Shown piece after piece: positions 23,684 to 37,676 of a stretch of DNA of 64,000 nt. The stretch is from NCBI GenBank assembly GCA_050230475.1, contig JBFLGF010000118.1:1-64000 (forward strand). Direction: 5' to 3'. Under the pieces are notes generated by a model. The model searched no databases and had not been told where the DNA came from. It saw only the letters and a list, made by a program, of their open reading frames with translations. The first letter of the stretch is position 1. Every line of letters starts with the position of its first letter. The translations under genes were made by a program, and so were the position numbers. The DNA comes from Ancylonema sp. Taxonomy: Eukaryota.

Positions 23684-26600
23684 CTAGACCCTTCCTGCGG
23701 CCGTTGCCATCTCTTCCTTGTCTCCTTTCCGTCCATCTTCGCCTTGCATGAGCCTCGGCTTCATCCCCACATTGTTTTGGAGCCAAACGCACGAGTCGTG
23801 GTACCCATCCTCAAACAGAGCATCCAACACGTCATCACTGGCCGGCTCCAAGGCCCATGAAAACAACTGAGGAGAGGGAGGGGAAAAAGGGATAAGGGAC
23901 CCAGGATGAGTTAGTCCTAACTACTTTTATGAACGTCTACTTTGAATTGTAACGGCCTCATCGCAGAATGCAGGTGCAGATGCAGAACTGTGAGTGGGTT
24001 GGTACCCAAACTAACCACCATCAACGCAAGGCTGCATTCATGTTCATGAGACCGCTTCTTGTCCACTTCCCGCAACCATCCCGTGCTGTGTTGCCACTGT
24101 AGGTGTAAAACCTATACCCACAATGAGGGTTGACTGCAAATGTGCCCCTTTCAGCCTGAAGTCTTCTTCCCCCTCCCTACCTCTCTCATTGATGCCCTCC
24201 CCACCGGGTTGAGATCCGGACTGATCCCCTTGGTACCCAACCCCATGGCAGAGAACGGGAAGGCGCAAACGCGGACCTGAAAGAGACGGAAACGGAGACG
24301 GATACGGAAACGGATACGGATACGGATACGGATACGGATACGGATACGGGTGAATCCGAAGTGGACGGGGAGCGGTTGCCCATTGGCAAAGGAGGCAGGC
24401 GGTAGGTAGGAAACATGAGAAACCCGAGATGTGGACCAGATTCATTGCAGGCGCGGCCTGGGAATGAAGCGCGAGTGAGTTGCCAATCATGGCAGAGTGG
24501 TCAGCTTTGAGGGGGTGCATTTGGATTTCCGTACCGTTTCTTCACTGGCCGTCGGGGGCATGAAGAGCGATATCCCCCCATCGATACAGTAGCGGTCTCG
24601 GAACCAGGTCATGGGGGCAGGGGCGAGGTAGCTGAGACAAGGAAGGGAATCCCTTTAATGTCAATCACTTGTACAGCTTGGCCATTCAAAGAGTGCCACC
24701 TGAAATAAATATATAGGAACAACTTTGCCCATCGAAGACTTTGCGGAGGGCTCTGAAATCGATGGCAAAAACTGGCAAAACTAATCATGCTCTCAGAAAT
24801 TTTCTTCTCTGTTCCTCTCCTACATCGTGAGGTAGTGAGGGGGGTGTAGTTGTTGGGTTCCCACCTTCCCCCCTTCCCCCCTTCCCCCCTTACCCGGGTA
24901 TGAATGAGGATGTGATGAGTGCATTGATGAGGTCCTCCTTGGAATGAAACGATTCCACCAGCAAACCGCGAGGGGATTGGAACACACACGTCACGGCCAC
25001 TGGACACACAGAGACACAGAAAGAGGACAGGGGGCAATGAGCCGAGTGCCATGGGGGAACATGCACAAGGGGGGGACGCTGCCCCATGGTGCCCCATGGT
25101 GCCCCATGGTGCTGCACGAATACATGAACAGCAGTAACAACGATCTCCTTTCCCCCCTCCACACCACCCCAAGACTCCACTCCGTGACCAAGTCACCACT
25201 GCCCCCCCTCCCCCTCACCTCGGATTCTTCCACTAGCTCGGATGTGCGCATCGTCCGGCAAAAAGTCCACCAAAAACTTCCTCAACACCGACTGAACCCA
25301 ACACACACCATGGATCATGGATCATGGATCATGGATCATGGATCATGGATCATGGATCATGGATGATGATACACAGTCAGACTGACCACAACTCATCTGT
25401 GTTGTCTCTTCTAGACCACCCAAAAGAAACCTATTTGCCTCTGTTGCTTACCCCTAATCGGAATGCCGTCCCCTTCTCCCTACAGTCCCTTGCCAGCCTC
25501 TTGGTGGCTTCTAGTGCGGATCTCATGCTCACCCCCGACGCCACCGCCGCGCAAACAATGGCGCCCGCGGTGGAACCCGCCCGGGGGGTGGTTTCCTGCA
25601 CAACGGGGGGGGGGGGGGCAGGAGGAGGGTAGAATGAGGAGTCAGGAGGGGTATGCGTATGTGTATGGTAAAAATGTAGGTACGAATACACACATAATAG
25701 ACAGTGATGATTACATGTACACATTAATACACATTAACATGAACATGCATGCATGCATACATGCATGTATGTACGCCACACACAAAGAGACATACAATTC
25801 ACAGACATCCTTGTATCTACACAGGACAACAGATTCGTGTATGCATGAAGGCGCAAAATCTCGATTAAATGACTACCAACGGACCCCAAACAGGAAAAAA
25901 GGCTATAAACGTAAGAAAGAAAATGGTCGAAACCAAAAGTTTATGTACCAAATTAGAGGTGATTTATTCCGTGAAGTGAGATTCGACACCATCCACAACT
26001 GTTACCCGTTACACGTGTGGGTACAAGGTTCTCATTCCACCCCAATGAAAACCGCAACACACTCCCCACTTAGACATAAGAAATGGCCTTAGGTCGTATA
26101 CCCACGTGTGGGGGGAGGTACGATTTGAAAACAATGGCCCAACATCTCTATAGACGAATGAGTCTCGACTCTCTCTGTTGGGAATACCAGCATCGCATGC
26201 CGTATGACTATTCTCCTTGTTTCCTTTTTTGTCCCAATGGCACATCCAATGTGCGATCAAGGTACTTTGAGGGGGAAGTGGGAGAAGTAATTCGTTGTGA
26301 GTTGAAGATACTGCCAGTGCCACGACTAGAAATGTGGTTGTTCTGTTCTATTCAGAGGATGCACTACACGATGACTTAGACTCTCACTATACGCTTTGTT
26401 ATGAGACAAGAAATATGATCGAGGGCAAATAATGGCAAAAGATTGTATTTACTTTCTTGTAGACTGGTTTGATCGTGTCAGAAAACTGATACGATTCACG
26501 ACAACGATCTCCTGTTCCAATTTTACAACCTCGAAAAGAGAATACTGAAAGTATTTTGACCTGAATAGAGGAGCTCTTTCCAGATATGTAGGCATAGTTA

Positions 26601-27786
26601 TTTAATCTTGCTTCCACACATATACACATACTTGCATTATTATACACATGCAAACATATTCACGTACATATTTACATACATACCGTATGCCTGTATCCCC
26701 GTGTAAGTCACCCCCACCCCCCCCACGCAATGTTCAATTATAGTGCCCCTCTCCTTCGATTGGAGAGGCCCTTCTAAGGATGATACGCAAGAACCATCCG
26801 TAAACTTCAAACTGGAGATGCCACCCGAGCAGCACCTGTCCACCTAGCCCTACCCGGATATAGCCGTGATCCAGCAGGCACTGACATACGCCGAGGTGGT
26901 AGGGGAAGAGAAGGCCAGCAGCAGAGAAACTGAACCCCGGAGTGGTAACCGCTCCCCGCCCCGCATCCGCATCCTCTTGCCGCTGCTCCCATAGAACAGC
27001 GGGGTTCAAATCGTCATCCACTGACGTCATCCCCTCCTCTAATTCGGCCGCCGCAGCCTCCTTGCTCCGGTCAACCAGATCTTCCACCGTCGATTCCTCA
27101 AGGGGGTCGATAACCGCCCCGGACTCGCCTCTGGGTCCCCAACTAAGTCTCTGACGAAAATTTTCGAGGAAAGATTTGGCGGTGTTGATGTCGATCTGGG
27201 CGGCCAATTGGGTGACGGGCAGCGCTTGAATGCCAGAAAAGAGACGGGACCCGATGGTGTTTTTCAACAGCCACCAATCCGACACCAGGACGGAGTAATT
27301 CACTAACAAAGAGATGATGGGCGCACTTGAGGTGGCCTGCCTCTCGTTCATTTCTCCCCTCGATCCACCCTCCGACTTTCGATCTGATGACTCACCATCA
27401 TAACCCTCGGGTCCGACAGCTTCCTCAAGCCGTCTCTCTTCCCACCCTTGCCTTCCTGGGGCGACAGCTGGCAGCAGCCTATTTTCTTGCCGCTTTGTAT
27501 CTAGAAGGAAAGATGTCCATCTACGAAGTGGATCTGCGCCAAAAGTTGATCCCGAGGAGCAGCACCCAGAGCTCCCGGAGACACAATCTGTTTCAGTTGA
27601 GGCGTGCCTGCGCTTTCGTCCCGAAGAGATGGAGTCCGTAGCAAGCACACGCATATTCTTTGAAAACAAGAGGCAGCTGGCACAGGAAATACGCAATACG
27701 TTTTGGATTGGGATGGAGGCAGATTTATTTCGGGGACTTGAAACATTTGGTGCCAAGGTATTGACACCTGCAGCTACGACTTCCAT
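23684..27786 (-). CDS. Patatin-like phospholipase domain protein; exons 27786-26854, 25595-25452, 25291-25219, 24999-24894, 24631-24535, 24276-24181, 23866-23684
   Basis: GFSFSAAGLLFPYHLGV oxyanion motif, ETTPRAGSTAGA, LITSSFIPGY and CIDGG motifs; phase-compatible GT-AG introns; start codon less certain. Confidence 0.9.
24286..24348. repeat. (CGGATA)n intronic microsatellite
   Basis: Direct reading. Confidence 0.9.
25308..25364. repeat. (CATGGAT)n intronic heptamer repeat
   Basis: Direct reading. Confidence 0.92.
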
Positions 27787-28308
27787 CAGATTTCACGAGG
27801 AGTTACAGCCAGCCCACTTGATGTTCTGTGAAGCAGCGAGTGTAGCAGAAGGTCTTTTTCAGAATGAAACTTTCAGCATTCGCTCAGACACTAACAAAAC
27901 ATTACGCCCACGGTGCTCTCCTCACTGACAAATTTTGCACAGGTATTCGTGGAGAGTACCGTGTCAAGTCTTTACAAATGTAGGAAAGGCTACATGTCAT
28001 GGTTTTACAGCTACCAAAGTTCTATGGAGTCTTCGTCGCAAGTATCTGGCGCCTGCCGAGTGGACGCTTGGAAACCGTCCACGCCACGCCACGCGTCAAG
28101 CGCAGCAAAACTTTACTCCGACGCGTGAGGTTCCAACCCACGCCCAGGTATCCAGCCGTTATCCCGCCGCCCGACCCGCGGCTGGGACGGTCGGTCGGTT
28201 GAACCGCTGCTAGACCAGACAACGACCGACGGTTTGGAAGAAACCTGAAAAATGCATTTATTTCGTGGCCTCTCATGAATCGTAAGGTAACATTGCATCT
28301 ATCAAGGC

Positions 28309-29530
28309 TAGGGTGGGCACCCGCCGTCCAGCCGTCGGTCGGCCGACCACTGACCGCCGGTCGGCCAGCCGCCATTTCACCAGACCTCCTTCCGCCCGGG
28401 TTTCCGCCACCCAGCCGCAATTGCGCCGTCCGACCGTCCGACCGCCACCCGCCGTCCGACCGCGCCCCAACCGCCTTCGCCGCCGCCGGCGCGGGCCAGA
28501 ATCGCGGGCGGGTGGCCGTCGGAACGGTCGGGTGACGTTCGAAGGCGGACGGACGCGGTCGGGGCGGTCGGATTTCGGTTGGATGAGCCTTGAGGAGGTT
28601 AGCATGGACTGAAGAAGTTTGTTTTGTGTGCTTTCTTTTTTTCAAATATACTCTCTCATTCCTTTGGTTACACGTTCGGATCAACTTTTTGTGCCCATTG
28701 TAGTTGGAAGGCGGTGATGTGCAATATTAAAATCAATATTTCTCTAAACAATGGTCGGATTTCCAACGTTTTGCCTCCTAAGGTGCCATCGTTGCCATTT
28801 TTTATGAGTGCTCATCATAACGCCGTGAAAAACGGAAAACGGAAAAAGATGTTGGCTACACGCACACCAAACTGTTTACTTTCACCATCTTGTGAACTGC
28901 AAGTTGTAGTCCATAACACTTATGGACAAAAAGTCGTGGGTAAAAATAAATATGTATGCCGCGATGATTCCACGAAGAGTGCCGTCAATAATTTCTTTGT
29001 AACTACATTATTTATGTAAACCGGTTCCAAATGCCAACCGGTTCAAAATAATATATGTTTCAAATGAAAACATCATGATGATTCGCAATACACGGGATCA
29101 AAAACCAGCATCCACAATTGTGAAAAACCGAGAGTGTACAATACTCGTACGAACTATGCGTAGCTACCATGAATATATTCAGTGTTCCAGTGTGTTTTAA
29201 GAAACGCCTCGTGTTTTTCGTTTTTTTTTTTTTTTTGCAAGCATAGCTCTAGCATAGCTCGTTGTTAGTTTTTCTACAAGAAAAAGAAAACGGATGACAA
29301 AAAAACCCCAACAATTGCCCAACGAATTCTTTCTCATGTTTTCTTGGCACTATTCCTGATTTTTTTCTGCCGTCCAACCGTTCCGACCGCCGTGCAACCG
29401 CCGTCCGACCGCCAACCGCCGGTCAGACCGGTCGGACGGTTGGACAACGGTTTCATGATTGGACGGAAGTCTTGTAAAAATGCGGTTGGCCAAGCGGCGG
29501 TTGGCAGTTGGCGGTTAGGTGCCCACCTTA
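28309..29530. mobile_element. hAT-like non-autonomous element
   Basis: TIR tagggtgggcacc / ggtgcccacctta; ccgtccgaccg subterminal repeats at both ends; AT-rich core; no TSD match. Confidence 0.65.
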
Positions 29531-30348
29531 TTGACGAAAGATGGCTCCGAGCTCCGAGCCCGGAGGGCAAGCAAACTCCATCCCCGGACAAGGGGGTTGA
29601 CAAGGCTGGGCAGGGCTGGGTGGGGCTGGGTGAGGACGAAATCAAATAAATTGGGGTAATATACTGATAAAGATAGGTGAAAGCCAAGTATAGTCACCAC
29701 GTGTAGACTCTCATAAACAAAAAGGTGTTCACAAGAGGTACTTGTTTAGGGTTTTTTTCGAGTATGGTACATGGCGTGGAAGAAAAATATAACGGCACCA
29801 CCCTTATTCAACTATCTACTCCACCCCCATTTTGTCGCGTGGTTCTTATCTTGCTATCGTGGATCCTATGCCCACCATGGCACCTATTTCCGTTGTAGAC
29901 TTGCAAAACGTTCTAATTTGTTGCCTCAACGGGCCAGATTGTGCCATAGCCACAATGGCCAAATAAATAACAAATTTGGGAGCCTCCTCTTGCGCCCATT
30001 TCGACCACTATTACACCGTTTATCGGCTAGCGTACCTTCCATGGCCAGATGGGGCTGGATAGGGTCGGAAGGGGCTACACGGAGCTCGCCAACACTCAAA
30101 TGAAATGGGGTTGCAATTATCTCCACGTCTTTGACGTACGAGCAAGCATAACGTGAACACCATAATTGACACCTCCCGCTAGATCCGGCCCGAATTTCGT
30201 CGGGTATATATATCAATACGGGCGAAATCGGAGTCCGGAATGCCCCGCCCAACGTTACATCATCCCGTATGAGTTTAGTTTTGTTCATATCAAGGTTGCA
30301 AATTCACGTCAAACCGAACCAAACCCCTTCGGTAGGGCACGAGGAAGC

Positions 30349-30918
30349 TGGTAGTGTTTAGGGGCTGTGAACTTTTGTTGTTACATTGATTTGTCCGATC
30401 TGTTCGCTGTAGTTTGAGTTTTGTCTTCATTCAGCAAATGCCGGCCGAACTTGTAAGTGATGATTGTGTCGACAAGTTCTGGCGAGTCAGCATAAGTGTC
30501 GATAAGTTTTCGTCGATGTGGCATAATGCTTAGCTGTGATTGGTGTCGACTCAGATAGTTTCGATATGTTGACTTAGACGTTTTGTCGATTACACACAAC
30601 TGTACTAAGAGTGGACTTGCACGCAAGATCCTGTAATCAGACTTTCTATCTCAAGCTTGCACTTTTGTTGTGTTAATGCTTGTAATGTCGTGATCGATTG
30701 ACTCATAAGTTGATTGAGAGTTGAACATTATTCTTGCAAAGATGGCATAAGAAAGTTCTCACAGTGTTATAAAAGCAAGTTACTACATCCTGCATGGAAA
30801 GAAAGTTCCTTTTCAAGCATGGCGATCTAAGGCCTCAATGATCCTTGACGATGCTGACTGTCTTGAGATTTGTAAGGGCACAAAGGTGGCACCAGAAGAA
30901 GTGGTTGCTAGGTATGAT
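30349..30918 (+). mobile_element. Decayed Copia 5' fragment: LTR (30349-30763), eroded PBS and gag start
   Basis: LTR similar to 122-526; translation ..FQAWRSKASMILDDADCLEICKGT..EVVARYD matches the Gag N-terminus near 53667. Confidence 0.88.
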
Positions 30919-31671
30919 CGGAAAATCGACAGACATTCTAAGTTGTTACGATTGCTCGATTTTACACTCAGAAAATATGCCACGTATTATTTTCGAGTCT
31001 ACCAACGTTATTTGATTTTTCAAATCATTGATTCTAACTTGGTAAGTGAATACAGTCGCTACATCAAATTGTCACTACATTTAATATATTGAATTTAGTT
31101 TGAGTTGGTTACACCGGGTACCTTGCTAGAGGGCTCATGTATAAGAATCGAGGGTTTTCTACTTCGCGATCTCCATTGGCATGCCATGGCTGCCACGATT
31201 ATGAGGAAGGAGAAATATGAGGGAATAATTTATCATATCAAAGAACACAAGTACGCGTCTCTGAACATAGGAAAAGCAAACAAAATTATGTAGTACGACA
31301 AAATTCCAGCAAAATATTATCTCCCTACCTCGTTCCTCCCGCATTCTCATAGCCCAATTGCAGCCGAACCACCGCCCGGGTTGAGCCTTCTACCGCCCGG
31401 ATGGGCCGACCGTTACCGCTCGGTGCCACGTTACCCTTGTGCGAGCGGTTGCGAAAGGGCATCCGCCGTCCATCCGCGGGTGGAGGACCCCCACACGTCG
31501 CTGTATGTAACAAGTAATCGGTGTATGGATTCTGTGGAGGCTGGTTTACTGAACTGACCATCAGTAAAAGCTACCCACTAACGTCGCCACTGGAATTTCA
31601 TGAAGGCACCCCGCGTGCCAGTACTCCCTTCGCTGCTAATCTACCGTCAGGGTCAATAATATTTGCCTTCG

Positions 31672-34383
31672 ATGTTCGGGGGCCTCTATGGGGACCTTCC
31701 AGCTCCATCCGCTGCTGCAGGCCCTGGAGAGGAATCCAAGTACGCGGACAATGCGCAATCCGGAACAGCATCTGCAGCTGCAGGGTGGTCAGCCAGTAAG
31801 ATGGCGCCACCTACTGTTCGGAAAAATTCCCTTTTCGCTGCACCTTCCTCCGTGTTGCGAAACCAAGGCACCCCTGCAGCCCCTAGAGTGCGACCGCCCC
31901 CTGTTCCCTCCCCATCCTCCCGTGTGGTAGCCTCGCTGTCCAATTCCCGGTGGTCGGCACCCGAAGCCTCGCCCGTTGAAATGAGCCCATCTGTCCCCAC
32001 TCCATCCTCAGCAGCCAACCTGTCTACCCCGTCCGCATCTGACTCTGCCCCATACCACTCCCCAGCCCTCGTAGTGTCTCCCATGCCACCTCAGCATCCG
32101 TCTCCAGCTCAGCCCGCGCTGGTAGGTGCCAGCTCAGCAGTGGTGGATGAATACGATCCCGGGCGACCCAATGATTACGAGGAGTACCGTCAAGAGAGGC
32201 GGAAGAAGAAAGCAGAGGAGGAGATGCGGAGGCATCTCGAGAGGAGAAGGAGGGAGGAAGAGGAGAGGGAGAGGGATCGGGAGCAGGCGAGAGAGCCTGA
32301 GCAGGTGCTTTGAGCACAATGATTCTGGTTCCACCTCGTCTTACTTCTCGTACTGCAGAAACTCACATCTTGTCCTGCCAACCTAACCCCACCTTCCTTC
32401 CCTTTATTCACCCTACCCTAAGGTGTAGCTTTCGATAACAATTTTGACACCGAGAGGGGAAGTCTTCACTCGTACTGTTACTCATTGCATACGCATATAA
32501 GGACAATGTGCTTCAAAAACGATGAGCCAGCAACTGACAGGTGGCAGGGTGTCTTCTTGTTGCCAGGTGGCAGCTGAGGTGGACGGCAGAGGAATGAGCG
32601 GCGAGGACGCGTACAGACGGAGGGGTATGATGGGGGCAGGGAGGGGAGGAGGCGGTCGTGGAGGGGGTGGGGGGGGTGAGGCCTTCGGAAACAGCCCTGC
32701 ACAACCACAGAGGTCGCCGTCGCCTCCCAGGTGACCGTCCGTACATACCGTCCGTACTGTCCGTAGGGATCATCTGATCTTGACCGTTTGTACCCAGGGA
32801 TCGTAGAATTTTTGAATCGCGTGGAGGAGGCATGAAGGGATGAATGGGTGGCACAGGCATGCTGGAGCTGTGGCTGGATAATACCAATGTAAAAATTGAA
32901 GCTGTGTGAAAATATAAGGCCGGATGTCGACGTGCCACATGTCTGCCAGCTGGCGTTGCCAGCCACGTGTCAGGTGGAGAATTGGGCATGTGCATCCGTG
33001 TGGTAAAGTGTGTATGGGTGTCTGTGCGGGTGGGGGGGGGGGGGGATTCCAGGGACGGGTTTCTGCAGGGCAAGCCCGCAGGCGGGATGGGGATTGGGCC
33101 AGGGGGGCAGATGACAGCGGCAGAAAGGATGATGGCGAAAATGGGGTGGAAGGCCGGGCAGGGCCTGGGGAAGTCAGAGCAAGGAATCACCACCCCCCTC
33201 ATGGCGCGGAAGACAGACAAACGTGCGGGGGTTATTGTGAACGCAACCCCATTGGAGAAGGCGGGGGGGAAGGCGAAGGGGGCGCCCATTAATGGACCCC
33301 CCACGAGGGTGGTGCTGCTGAGGAATATGGTGGGGGGGGGGGGAGGGGAGGTGGAGGGGGGGGAGCGGGGGTGGGGATTGAAGCTATGGGGTTGGTTCAG
33401 GTTGCAGGGGGAGGGGGAGGGAGGGTGGTCATTATCTTCATGCCGTTCAACTAGGTTTTCCTTTGACTTAGAATCTCTTCTTTCAACGGTTGTTGTTGTT
33501 GTTATCTATTTTGTTGTAGTTGTATTTGCATTTTTTTTTTCTTGTTTTTTTTTTTTTTAAACCCCCCCTTTTTTTGTCATTGTATGTTGCTAGTGATTTC
33601 AGTTGAGTGTGGAATCCGACTCGGGATGCTTGAAATGGGTTTGAGAAAATGTGAATGTTTGATGAAGGAGAGATGTGGTGGGGGAGGTAGTTGTGGAGAT
33701 TGTGTGGTTGTGATGAGGGGATGGTTCTCATCGGATACATCGCCTCAGATGGGGGAAGGTGTTAGAGACTTGAGGTGTATCGGAAAGTTTAGATCTAAGT
33801 GGAGGGTTATAATCCGAGGTTGCCCCATGGGAGGCGTCACAGAAGGGTAAACGAAGCAACGGTTTTTAAGTTTCCCCTTGAGCAGTTCATGTAGAGAGAT
33901 GACGTTCTTGAAGGACCCATAGGGTGGACAATGGAGAGTATGTACTATTTGTACGATTGTACAAATGGTGGCCGATGTTGGGCGGTGGTTTGTCGGACGG
34001 GTTGCGGGTAATAACTTCGATACTGACTCCGATAATAAGTTCTAATCCCCAAATTGATTTTGTGGGTCTTTTATGTGCAGGTTGGGCCGGGAGAGGTGGA
34101 CGATGAGTTGGAGGCGGAGATCGCGGGCGAGTGTGGGAAGTACGGAAAAGTGACGCGAGTTCTTATATTCGAAATCACCGAAGAAGGATACTCACCGAGC
34201 GAAGCTGTTCGCATCTTTGTGCAATTCGATAGGTCGGAGTCGTCCACAAAGGCGCTTGTGGATTTAGACGGAAGGTTTTTTGGAGGCCGGGTTGTGAGGG
34301 CAAGCTTTTATGATGAATCTAGATTTGATAGAAATGAATTGGCGCCGGCGCCCGGTGAAGTGCCATCCACGGGAGTCGCTTAG
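31672..34383 (+). CDS. DRT111: Splicing factor 45 (RBM17)/DRT111: SF45 motif, G-patch, UHM/RRM; exons 31672-32304, 32567-32730, 33053-33329, 34081-34383
   Basis: MFGGLYGDLPAP, DEYDPGRPNDYEEY, MSGEDAYRRR, G-patch AERMMAKMGWKAGQGLGKSEQGITTPL, TRVVLLRNMVGPGEVD...GRFFGGRVV. Confidence 0.95.
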
Positions 34384-34954
34384 GTCCCTTGTATTGTTCT
34401 GGATCCCAACCTTTGAAGTGGTGTGCACTTAATCCAAGTGAAGCCGTTGGTGGTCCTATCTAAATACTTAGAAGGATGAGTATGTGTTTAGTGGGATCAG
34501 GTTGACAAGAGAGTAATGTCGAGAACCATTCACCTCGTTTGGTGAATTTGGATCATAGGGAGGAGGCTTTGCACTAATAATCACGCTTAATCTTTACAAT
34601 AAATTGTTGGAGTACGGTAATCACACTCAACAACCGTCTCCTTATAAATTCAAACGCATGGTTTCGAGAGCATGTATGGCATCGCTAGGTCAGACATGCT
34701 TGGAGGAGTTGGCCATTGCGATCGGATCCGATTTTTGTCATGTATAATGGGATGTCGATCGGTATCACGCACCTTGAAGATTTTACGGCACATGGTTTAA
34801 TTTTCTTGTAATCTTCTACCTAGAGACTGTATAAATGAGCATGATCTTGGGTATTGAGGTAGTTAAAATTGAATAAGCATATTCAGTATGACCACTTCAA
34901 AGAATAATCTCTTAACTTATGTCAAAACTTGCATAGTTGTTTACATAAATACTC

Positions 34955-35430
34955 ACTTACCCCCCCCCTTGCTAGGTTTAGAGAAATGCACGAAATCCGT
35001 ACGTTTTCATACATAATTGTATTCATTTGTACATTTGTATATATCTCCCAAGTTGTGGGTAGTTACAATGAATTTCATTGTAACTACCGGGCATTTCATT
35101 GAATGAAATGCCCGACTTGACAAAATAGGGGCCGGGCAGTAGTAGGCGGGTGGGACGAGTGCCTTCCACGTGCACATACAACGTTTAAATCAATGTTCCC
35201 AATATCTCCTAGGGTGTGGGGAGAATTACTAGGGAAGAAAATTGCATGGAAGTGGGCACACTCCAAAATAAGGGCCGTGCAACCTATATAGCGGGCATTA
35301 TAAGCTCGAAAAAGAGTGTAAACGGATTTTAAACAAGATGCTGGCTCGTTTCCCGTCGTAGGCACATGGGGACGGGTTTCAGAACCATTGGAACCGGAAT
35401 TGTCTGAGGGAATAACCTTTCGCAATGATT
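34955..35430 (+). repeat. Diverged dispersed repeat related to 62670-63255
   Basis: Shared blocks taggcggg..acgagtgcc..ccacgt, atctcccaagttgtgg, gtttcccgtcgtaggca and gaataacct. Confidence 0.6.
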
Positions 35431-36464
35431 AATCCTCCACTTCGACAATGTTCTTCTCGACAGGTAATACTGAAAGTGCAAAAGTAACTAGTAGTATAGT
35501 GCGTGGAATGTTTCCTACAACCTTGGTCTGTCGATCGCTTGCCGATTGCAACCCCGAGCATACTATAAAAAGGGTCAAGCAGATACCTGACGATTGGAAT
35601 ACTAACTACGAAATAAGGGACAAACGAGTTGCGCATTAAAGGTAGTACGCACATCAATGTATACACGAAACAACAAGCTCGTTCAACCTTTCTAATACTA
35701 TCAAAAGTATCATAGGTACGGAAGTTACTCGTGTACTCACTTATAATACACGAATGTTTTGTGTTGCCGAAAACAATACATCACCTTCGGTTTTAATTGG
35801 CGTGCATCGTAGGCGAGCCAAACTCATGATTATACAACTAAACCTATGGAAGAAGATGTTGATTCATGTGGTTCATTGGATAGACCGCATTGGTACCCAT
35901 CATAGTTGGACCCGATATGCCCCCAAATTGGTTAATGAATGCCCTTATATTGTGTATAGACCTTTATTTCTCGCATACATCGAAATATGGGACTCGAAAA
36001 AAATACAGGATCCATAAATAAAAAAATAACATCGATGCAAATGATGAAAAGTATGGGTGCAAATTAATACTCAACGTTTCTTACATGCAACTCAGGGTCC
36101 AATCGTGTTGATATTAGTATGTGTGTCCGTTTGTTATGCTATATTGAAAGTTGTTGCTGACAATCTTGTAATCTATTCCAAATCACGAAAATGTACACAA
36201 GGATTTGGATGAATCTCGTTTGTTGGAATGTATTAGAATTACCAGACTCACAACACCTAGTAACTTGCGAATGTACCACGACATACCCGATGTTTGATAA
36301 CACAGGTACCTTAAATTTGCAAAGATCGCTTCTCGACCCGCTAGATAGCAGGATCGATTACATGCTATCGCTTGAACTAAAAATTGGCATGACAAGTTTG
36401 CACAACATTGTAAGACGAAGCCCTAACTACACCACTAGACTAATTTTAGTTACTGATTGCTTTT

Positions 36465-36970
36465 GCCGCGTACGTTCCATCCAGTGATGCACTGGAACGG
36501 CAAAAATACTTGCAAACGCAGTATTGCAAACGTGTACATACGGAGTACGTGCGTACGGCGAAAGTTGCAAACGGCGCTTGCAAAACGTTTGCGTTTGCAA
36601 ATGTTTTGTAAACGTTCGAATTTGTAAACGTTTTGCAAACGTCCGCAGCGTATGTCTTTGCTTTTCTTGTATTTCATTTTTGGAAACTGAAGTACGAAAG
36701 TTTGTTATACTCGTCATCATTGGTTCATGACGTTCACCATTGAAACGTGAACAATATTTTGCGAAACTTCCAAAAAGTATTAAAAAAAACCTACACGCAA
36801 ACATTTGCAATCGCAAACGTTTGCAACCTTACAATCCATACACGTTTGCTGCATTTCACGGACGTATTTTAAACGTTTGCAATCGCAAACGTATGCGTCC
36901 GTATAGTCCGTACATGTTTGCCGCATTTCTCGGACGTATTCCGGACGTTTGCGAGCAAATCCGTATTCGC
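36465..36970. repeat. Cluster of tgcaaacg/cgtttgca motifs, probably DNA-transposon subterminal repeats
   Basis: Motif repeated many times in both orientations; termini not identified. Confidence 0.5.
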
Positions 36971-37676
36971 CACGGACGGCAGATTGCTCTCGGCCCTGTT
37001 TGAAAAACGTGCCGTATGAAATACGGGCCCCGTCCCGGTCCATCACTAGTTCCACCCAAGTACAATTTTTCTCTTCTACTATATTTAACACGATTTCCAA
37101 ATCACTTCATAATTGCAAATAATTCATTGTGGTATGAACTTTCTCTTTTTTTGGTCGGGTCTCTTCGCCTCCTCCAAAATATGTACTCTCTACTCGATCT
37201 AGATTTGACTCTATGGTAGGGAATGTCTCATTTGAGTTTACAATTGATTTTGTTTTTCGATTGCTGCTACGTGAGTACTCACATACTTTCGTTTTGCACT
37301 ACGCCAAACGACCTATACAAATGGTCTATCACGGATTGAGCTCTACAAAGATTCTCTTAAATGTGCTCATTTCAAAAACAAAAGCTCTGTGGTCTTTTGT
37401 GTTTTTTTTGGTGCTAAATTGCTTCATATCATATTTCATACTCACTGCCAAACTAGTCAACATCCCCATGAACCAAAAATATGTGTCACCTTTAGAAAGA
37501 ACAATACACAAATTGTCCCCCCTATATTCTCCAAGTAGCTGTCATCGACGTGCGCTTCTTTATATTTTGGGGACATGAGGCCCTCTGGTGTGTCCCTCAT
37601 CCAAAACATAAAGACTACATTTTTGGAGCCGTTTACATTACAAGCCAGGATCAGGCAAGCACAACGTCCAACTTGG

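Noticed and set aside
28022..28684. 220-aa Arg/Gly-rich ORF and overlapping ORFs
   Set aside because: Arise from GC-rich subterminal repeats of a non-autonomous transposon
29745..29755. Telomere-like ttagggttt
   Set aside because: Single unit, not an array
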